A DNA stretch of 64,000 nucleotides from Candidatus Eiseniibacteriota bacterium (GTDB lineage: Bacteria > Eisenbacteria > RBG-16-71-46): the NCBI GenBank assembly GCA_963717505.1, contig OY970342.1:448001-512000 (forward strand), in the 5' to 3' direction. The notes under the pieces are model-generated. The model did no database searches. It saw only the letters and a list, made by a program, of their open reading frames with translations, and had not been told where the DNA came from. This document shows positions 56,988-64,000 of this stretch, one piece after another; within the stretch, counting starts at the first letter, position 1, and every line of letters starts with the position of its first letter. The position numbers were made by a program, and so were the translations under genes.

Positions 56988-57550
56988 GCTTCCCCCCGTT
57001 CCAGCAGTTCGCGCAACAGGGCGCGTGCGCGATGGATTCGGGCTTTGATCGTTCCCAGCGGCATGTCGAGCGCCTCGGCGATCTCTTCGTATGACAGGTC
57101 TTCCTGATGTCTCAGCATGACGACTATTCGGTAGTGCTCGGGCAGTCGGTCCACGAGGGCCCGCATGCGTCTTTCTTCCTCGAGCTGTTCCGTCTCCTCG
57201 ACCGGCCCGGGTCCCTGATCCGGAAGCTCCAGAGTCCACTCTTCGTTGGAGCCTTGCTCTCTCTGGAACATCGAGATCGTCGGCACCCGCCGGCGTCTCA
57301 TGTGATCGATGCACAGCCGCGACGCGATCGTGAACAACCACGATGAAAACGGTCGCTCCGGATCGTATCGATGGGCGGCCCGAAACATCCGCACGAACGT
57401 CTCCTGCGCGATGTCTTCGGCATCCTCCCGCACTCGAAGCATCCGATACGCGAGCGAGTAGACCCGAGCCTGATATCGCAGGACCAATTCCCGGTAGGCC
57501 CGCTCGTCCCCCGCGACGCACCGTCCGACGAGCGCCGCGTCGTCATTCAC
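56984..57550 (-). CDS. ECF sigma factor (SigW/RpoE-like)
   Basis: DAEDIAQETF, FSSWLFTIA, LSYEEIA...GTIKARIHRAR. Confidence 0.93.
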   Translation of the reverse strand: MNDDAALVGRCVAGDERAYRELVLRYQARVYSLAYRMLRVREDAEDIAQETFVRMFRAAHRYDPERPFSSWLFTIASRLCIDHMRRRRVPTISMFQREQGSNEEWTLELPDQGPGPVEETEQLEEERRMRALVDRLPEHYRIVVMLRHQEDLSYEEIAEALDMPLGTIKARIHRARALLRELLERGEA

Positions 57551-57581
57551 GCCACGGCCGTTCGCCTGACGACAACCCGAG

Positions 57582-57608
57582 TACGCGGCCCATGCGGCGG
57601 AGGTTTCA
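57582..57608 (-). promoter_or_regulatory. ECF autoregulatory promoter
   Basis: TGAAAC-N17-CGTA, close to the B. subtilis SigW consensus, ~30 nt upstream of the sigma gene. Confidence 0.6.
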
Positions 57609-57624
57609 TGTCGGGCCAAGATAG

Positions 57625-59013
<1,389 letters not shown>

Positions 59014-59065
59014 CCGGGGCTCCCGCGAAAGGATTCGCGGGAGATCGCAGGAGGACACGGAAGTC

Positions 59066-59443
59066 ATGCGCGACATCGAACGCCGCATCAGCCGCTACCA
59101 GCTCGGACGCTATGGCGCCGAGGGGATTCCGGTGCTCCGCCGTCTCCGTTGGATCTGGTTGGTGGCGCTGGCGTGGGTGGTGTGGGCCGGACTCCTGAGC
59201 GAACACAGCTTCTTCCGGCTGTGGCGCATGGAGCGAGAGAACGCCCGCATGCGCGCCGAGCACGTCCAGGTGCGCGCCGACATCCAGCAGCTCGACCGTG
59301 AGCGCACCGACGCCGACCTCAAGCGCGAGCGCACCGAGCGCCTGCTGCGCGAACGGGCCGGCATGGCGCGGCCCGATGAGATCGTCTACCGCATCCGGAC
59401 CGAGTCGTCCGACACTCTGACGCGGGGAATGAACGAGCGCTAG
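59066..59443 (+). CDS. ftsB: Septum formation initiator (FtsB/DivIC family)
   Basis: TM helix, coiled coil, ERLLRERAGMARPDEIVY; follows eno. Confidence 0.8.
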   Translation: MRDIERRISRYQLGRYGAEGIPVLRRLRWIWLVALAWVVWAGLLSEHSFFRLWRMERENARMRAEHVQVRADIQQLDRERTDADLKRERTERLLRERAGMARPDEIVYRIRTESSDTLTRGMNER

Positions 59444-60192
59444 AGACCGATCGCGACCGCGAGCTTCACGCCGAACCCGCTCAGGTCCAGCGTGTAGGGC
59501 CCGCCCTCGAGATCGTAGAGCGGCTGTCCGGTGGCTCGTTCGACCATCTTGTCGATGACCGCGTCGCGGTAGACGCCACTCAGCATCACGGAGTAGCGCG
59601 CGGCGAAGAACATGTGCCCGCCCATCTCGACGTAGTACCCCGGCGCGTCCTGGACTGCCACGGTCATGACACTCGGGATGCCGGGCACGTTCCGCACCTC
59701 TTGCTGGAACAAGGCCCGGCTGTACACCTGGCTGGTCAATCCGGCGCCGAAAAAGGCGCGCGCCTGGAAGTCGCCCTGGTTGTAGGGCGCCAGGTAGTAG
59801 GCGCCGCCGACGTGGACCGGAACCGTGAGCACCTCGCCATGGAGCTGGATCGCCGCGCCGAGGAACGGCAGGTACTCGCGATCGGTCGTGATGCGCATCT
59901 GGCCGACGCCGGCGTTGATCGCGATGTTCGGGCGAACGAAGTAGCGCACCTGGGCCTCGAACATCCATCCCAGGCTGATCTTCTTCATGCCCTCGAGGCC
60001 GAAGGGTTCGAGCCCCGTGCGGTTGATGAAGTCGATGGTTTCGTTGAAGTCGCCGCCGTCGACCGACATTGGGCTGCCGGAGAGGACGATGCTGAATCGG
60101 CGGACTTCGGCGGCCGCGCGCGCGTCGCGCGCAGACCAGCCCACCGCCCCGGCCGCGACCAGGACGGCACACACTAGAATTCTCGATTTCAA
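59440..60192 (-). CDS. Outer-membrane beta-barrel protein
   Basis: Signal peptide, amphipathic beta strands, LDLSGFGVKLAVAIGL terminus. Confidence 0.7.
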   Translation of the reverse strand: MKSRILVCAVLVAAGAVGWSARDARAAAEVRRFSIVLSGSPMSVDGGDFNETIDFINRTGLEPFGLEGMKKISLGWMFEAQVRYFVRPNIAINAGVGQMRITTDREYLPFLGAAIQLHGEVLTVPVHVGGAYYLAPYNQGDFQARAFFGAGLTSQVYSRALFQQEVRNVPGIPSVMTVAVQDAPGYYVEMGGHMFFAARYSVMLSGVYRDAVIDKMVERATGQPLYDLEGGPYTLDLSGFGVKLAVAIGL

Positions 60193-60306
60193 GTTGCGGA
60201 TCCTCCGCGACTCTGGCGGGCACTCCCGGTGCGGAAACGAGATCGGGCAGGATAGTCAGCCGGACGATGTGCCGCAAATCGCGGTCCGCGTAACGGCCTG
60301 CAGGGC

Positions 60307-60335
60307 TTGACTTGGCCCCGGCCCTGGCCTACCGT
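60307..60335 (+). promoter_or_regulatory. sigma70 promoter of the tRNA
   Basis: TTGACT-N17-TACCGT. Confidence 0.6.
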
Positions 60336-60345
60336 CCTGGCCGAT

Positions 60346-60422
<77 letters not shown>

Positions 60423-60430
60423 ATCTAGAC

Positions 60431-60464
60431 GGGCGGATCCCCAGGGATTCGCCCGGATTTTTTT
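60431..60464 (+). terminator. Intrinsic terminator after the tRNA
   Basis: GGGCGGATCC...GGATTCGCCC hairpin and T7 run. Confidence 0.7.
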
Positions 60465-60472
60465 GCGGCGCC

Positions 60473-61384
60473 TCACGATCCCGTGAGCAGCCGGACCGCC
60501 GCATCGACCGTCAGGGCCGCGTAGAGCGCGAACAGGTAGAGGATCGAGAAGCGGAAGACGCGCACGGCATCCGCGGTCGCCGCCGAAGCCTTGAGACGGT
60601 GGACATCGCGCAGGAACTTGGCCCCGAACACGACGGCCGCCAGCGCGAACACCGGTCCGCGCACCAGCCACGCCACGCCCAGCGTGGTCGCGAACAACAG
60701 CCACGTATAGAGGACGATCTGCCGCCGGGTCTCGGCCTCGCCGTGAGTCACCGGCAGCATCGGCAGATTGGCACGCAGGTAGTCCTCGCGGCGGTAGAGC
60801 GACAGGGCCCAGAAGTGCGGTGGCGTCCACATGAAGACGATCGCTGCCATCAGCACGGCGGTGATGCTCACCGTGCCGGTCACCGCCGCCCACGCGATGA
60901 TCGGCGCTGAGGCTCCGGCCGCCCCGCCAATCACGATGTTGTGGGGCGTGCGCCGCTTGAGCCATACGGTATAGAACACCGCGTAGTAGACGATGGACGC
61001 GAGGGCGATGCCGGCCGCGAGCAGCGTCGTGCCTCCGGCGAGCACGATCATCGACAGGATGCCGAGCCCGAAGCCGACGATCAGGGCATGTTCGGGGCGC
61101 AGGATTCCTGCGGGCAGCGGCCGGGTCGCAGTGCGCCGCATGAGGGCGTCGATGTCGCGATCGAAATAGTGGTTGAAGGCGGCCGCGGAGGCCGAGGCCA
61201 GCGTGATTCCGGCGAGCGTCGCCGCGGCGACCGCGGGATCGAGTCCGGTGCCGCCGGCCAGCATGAGCGCCGGCACGCCGGTGACCAGGACGAGCAACAC
61301 GATGTTCGGCTTAGTCAGCTCGAAGCACGCCGAGATCCGGCGCGCGAGGGTCGGCCGGTGTGTGAGGGCTTCGGCCGTGGTCAC
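60473..61384 (-). CDS. ctaB: Protoheme IX farnesyltransferase (heme O synthase)
   Basis: LTKPNI, NHYFDRDIDALMRRTATRPLP, LKRRTPHNIVIGG, WTPPHFWAL. Confidence 0.95.
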   Translation of the reverse strand: MTTAEALTHRPTLARRISACFELTKPNIVLLVLVTGVPALMLAGGTGLDPAVAAATLAGITLASASAAAFNHYFDRDIDALMRRTATRPLPAGILRPEHALIVGFGLGILSMIVLAGGTTLLAAGIALASIVYYAVFYTVWLKRRTPHNIVIGGAAGASAPIIAWAAVTGTVSITAVLMAAIVFMWTPPHFWALSLYRREDYLRANLPMLPVTHGEAETRRQIVLYTWLLFATTLGVAWLVRGPVFALAAVVFGAKFLRDVHRLKASAATADAVRVFRFSILYLFALYAALTVDAAVRLLTGS

Positions 61385-62328
61385 GATGCCTTCATCGTCA
61401 TCGCGCTTCCGCCGACTCGTGCCGGCGAACGGAGCCCGGACCACGCGCGCAGGGTGACTGCGCTCAAGAGACCCAACAACACGGTGGCGACGCCGAGGTG
61501 GATCGCAGACAGCCAGAACGGAGTGCGCAGGAACACGTTCAGGATCCCGAGCACCGCCTGGGAGACGCCGACCGCCAACGCCAGCGCCGTGCCTCGGCGC
61601 AGCCGCGGATCGGGCGAGCGTCGCGCCGCGATCGCAACGCCGAGCAGCGCGGCCAGCAGGACGTAGGCGACGAAGCGATGCATCATCTGGAGGCCGACGA
61701 GGCCGACGAGGGGCGGGAACAGCTCGCCCTGGCATGCCGGCCAGTCGGGGCACACATTGCCGGCATGGCTGGTGCTCACCACCCCGCCGAGCACGGCTTG
61801 AACGAAGGTCAGCACGGTCACCGCGAGCAGGGCCAGCGCGAGCCCGGTGGAACCGGCGGAGACCAGCGTGCGGCCGTCCTCGGGCTTCGCCAACAACGCC
61901 ATCGAGAGCACGGTCACGAACAACAGGAGTGCGGTCGCCAGATGACTGCTGACCACCGACGGGCTGAGCAGGTGCCACACGGTGAGTGCGCCCAGCAGGA
62001 TCTGGACGAACAGGAGCAGGACCGAAAGCCCGGCGATCGCGCCGAGCCGGCGACGGGTTTCACGCCGCGCCCAGATCCAGGCCACGGTCGTGAACAGGAA
62101 GAGACTGACCAGCAGCGCCACCGTGCGGTGCCACCACTCGATCAGAACGTTGAATTGGAAGCGCGGAATGATGCGGCCTTCGCACAGTGGCCAGTCCGGA
62201 CACGCCAGACCGGAACCGGTGGTGCGAACGACCGAGCCGAGCACCATGAGCCCAAGCATCAGGGCCGCAGTGATGCCGGCGAGACGACCGGCGATGGTGA
62301 ACGATCGGGTGGGTGACAGGGGTGACAC
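61381..62328 (-). CDS. ctaA: Heme A synthase (COX15/CtaA)
   Basis: GSVVRTTGSGLACPDWPLC, EWWHR, second CPDWPAC, HRF. Confidence 0.92.
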   Translation of the reverse strand: MSPLSPTRSFTIAGRLAGITAALMLGLMVLGSVVRTTGSGLACPDWPLCEGRIIPRFQFNVLIEWWHRTVALLVSLFLFTTVAWIWARRETRRRLGAIAGLSVLLLFVQILLGALTVWHLLSPSVVSSHLATALLLFVTVLSMALLAKPEDGRTLVSAGSTGLALALLAVTVLTFVQAVLGGVVSTSHAGNVCPDWPACQGELFPPLVGLVGLQMMHRFVAYVLLAALLGVAIAARRSPDPRLRRGTALALAVGVSQAVLGILNVFLRTPFWLSAIHLGVATVLLGLLSAVTLRAWSGLRSPARVGGSAMTMKAS

Positions 62329-62480
62329 TCCAGCGAGTCTCCGAGGCGGCTGGCGACGGTAGCACAGCATGCTGGAGCGGGCGAGCGGATGGTCTCGAGT
62401 CGCGGAGCATCCTCGCTTTGCCCGGTTCGTGCGGCGCACTATTCTCGCTCGGGAACTCGACGGTCGCCCATGGGGGTCGC

Positions 62481-62942
62481 ATGACCGAATTCACCTACGT
62501 CTCACGCAGCCGCATCGAGAAGGTCGCCGGACTGCATCGCCGCGCCCATCTCGAGTCCGGCGCCGACTGCGACTTCGGCGTCCATGGGGTGATCAAGGAA
62601 CACTATCGCTTGTCCCCCGAGCGAGAGCTGCCGCTGCCGGTGGACTACATCGTCGCGGCCACGGCGGGTTGAATGCTGGGCACCCTGAATGGCGCACTGG
62701 AGGTGCGCCAGGTGAATCTGCCGCCCGATGCGATCGCGGCTCGGGCCGAGGGTCACCATGAGATTCGCGACGGCCTGCCGGTGCTGACCGAGATCCACGT
62801 GCACTACACCCTGCGGATTCCCGCCGGCTCCCGCGAGACCGTCGACCGGGCCCTGGCCCGCCACCAGGAAAAGTGCCCGACCGCGGCCACGCTCAAAGGC
62901 GCCGTCCTGGTTCGCTGGACGGCGGACATCACCGAAGTCTGA
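62481..62942 (+). CDS. OsmC-family peroxiredoxin, predicted selenoprotein (in-frame TGA 62670-62672)
   Basis: DYIVAATAG-[TGA]-MLGT corresponds to the OsmC AALAGC catalytic motif; the frame continues to HQEKCPTAATL (second Cys). Confidence 0.85.
62681..62714 (+). promoter_or_regulatory. SECIS-like hairpin
   Basis: TGGCGCAC-TGGAG-GTGCGCCA stem at 62690-62710, extended by CACC/GGTG, just 3' of the UGA. Confidence 0.7.
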
Positions 62943-64000
62943 TGTCAGGCTCCCTCGGAGAACGCAGCGTCGAACTCGACGCCCGGGCGAGCGGGGCCGC
63001 GGTCGCCGGGCACGATCGCGCGTGGACGCGCCGGGTGCTCCCCCGAGTTTCGCGCACGTTTGCGGTCAACATCCGGGTCCTGCAGGGTTCGCTCGGCGAC
63101 GCGGTGCGCACCGCGTACCTGTTGTGCCGGGTCGCCGACACGCTCGAGGACGCATGGTCCGGGTCCGCCGAAGAGATCGGGGCGCGCTTCGATCTGCTGG
63201 CCGCGTCACTCGACCAGGATCGCGCCGCCGCCGCGGCACTCGCCCGGGACGCCGCGCGCCAGCCGCGCCAGCCCGATCTCGACCTGGTCGCCGATCTGCC
63301 GGCGCTGCTCGCCGAGTTCGAGCGCCTCGATGTCGAGGATCGAATCATCATCATCGAAGCCGTGCAGACCATGATCCACGGCATGCGCGGATATGCGATG
63401 CGGGCCGCCGAGCGCCGGGACCAGGAGCCGGTCCCCTACCTCGACACCGAGGGCGAGCTGCACGACTACTGTTGGGTGGTCGCCGGATGCGTGGGCGTGA
63501 TGCTCACGCGGCTCTACGGTCTGCGCCATTCGGGAGACGCCCCGAATGTGATCGCGCGCCGGCTCGACTTGTCCCCGGTCGTCGGCGAGGCGCTGCAACT
63601 CACCAACATCCTGCTCGACTGGCCTCGCGATCTGCGGCGCGGGCGCTGCCACATTCCCGCGAGCTGGCTGGCGGATCAGGATCTCACGCTGAACACGTTG
63701 ATCGAGCCCGTCGACGATCGACCACGACGGGTGGCGGAACGACTCGAGACCCTGGCCCGCGCCGCGTTGGCTCGGGTTCCCGACTACCTGGTCCTCTACC
63801 CCGCCTCGTCGGTGCGCTATCGAATGTTCGTGCTGTGGCCGGCCCTCTGGGCGCTGGCTTCGATCCGTCATGCGCGCACCGACCCCGCGTTTCCCTTCAC
63901 TTCCCATCGACCGCGCCTGCCGCGAGGAGAGGTCCGGCGAATCGCGGTCGCGGCGTCGGTGGCCGGCCACACGCGGGGTGGGGTTCGGCACCTGTTCGAC
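62942..64000 (+). CDS. Squalene/phytoene synthase family protein, runs off the window (absent from ORF track)
   Basis: Manual translation: VSRTFAVNI...YLLCRVADTLED...YCWVVAGCVG...LQLTNILLDWPRD; TGATG coupling to osmC. Confidence 0.88.
   Translation, partial: MSGSLGERSVELDARASGAAVAGHDRAWTRRVLPRVSRTFAVNIRVLQGSLGDAVRTAYLLCRVADTLEDAWSGSAEEIGARFDLLAASLDQDRAAAAALARDAARQPRQPDLDLVADLPALLAEFERLDVEDRIIIIEAVQTMIHGMRGYAMRAAERRDQEPVPYLDTEGELHDYCWVVAGCVGVMLTRLYGLRHSGDAPNVIARRLDLSPVVGEALQLTNILLDWPRDLRRGRCHIPASWLADQDLTLNTLIEPVDDRPRRVAERLETLARAALARVPDYLVLYPASSVRYRMFVLWPALWALASIRHARTDPAFPFTSHRPRLPRGEVRRIAVAASVAGHTRGGVRHLFD

Noticed and set aside
62673-62942. Independent 89-aa gene
   Set aside because: It is the C-terminal half of the OsmC protein after the Sec codon

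Overview
GC-rich (~70%) bacterial chromosomal window. The gene style (FlgD/T9SS-type C-terminal domains, a PorV-like barrel, a C-terminal SWGxIK motif, many sigma54 regulators) suggests an FCB-related candidate phylum such as Ca. Eisenbacteria; this is inference. It starts in a truncated ISNCY/IS1202-like element, followed by an ECF sigma + giant Ser/Thr kinase-ATPase-TPR pair. Housekeeping genes include rpmE, prfA, prmC, rho, lpdA, degP, lpxH, rlmN, eno, ftsB, tRNA-fMet and ctaA/ctaB, alongside secreted hydrolases and three sigma54 enhancer-binding proteins. Several core genes carry clustered frameshifts that look like assembly errors. Main observations: (1) a small secreted pro-peptide gene directly upstream of a TPR-GAF-AAA+ sigma54 activator, followed by a sigma54 promoter driving a highly structured ~300-nt apparently non-coding RNA, i.e. 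a candidate peptide-sensing/quorum circuit; (2) a second candidate sigma54-dependent ~120-nt sRNA upstream of rho; (3) a four-gene Yip1-like/CxxC oxidoreductase/two Cys-pair peptide cassette inserted between prfA and prmC; (4) an OsmC-family selenoprotein (in-frame UGA + SECIS-like hairpin) that the ORF track splits in two. All assignments are by eye; no searches or folding programs were run.
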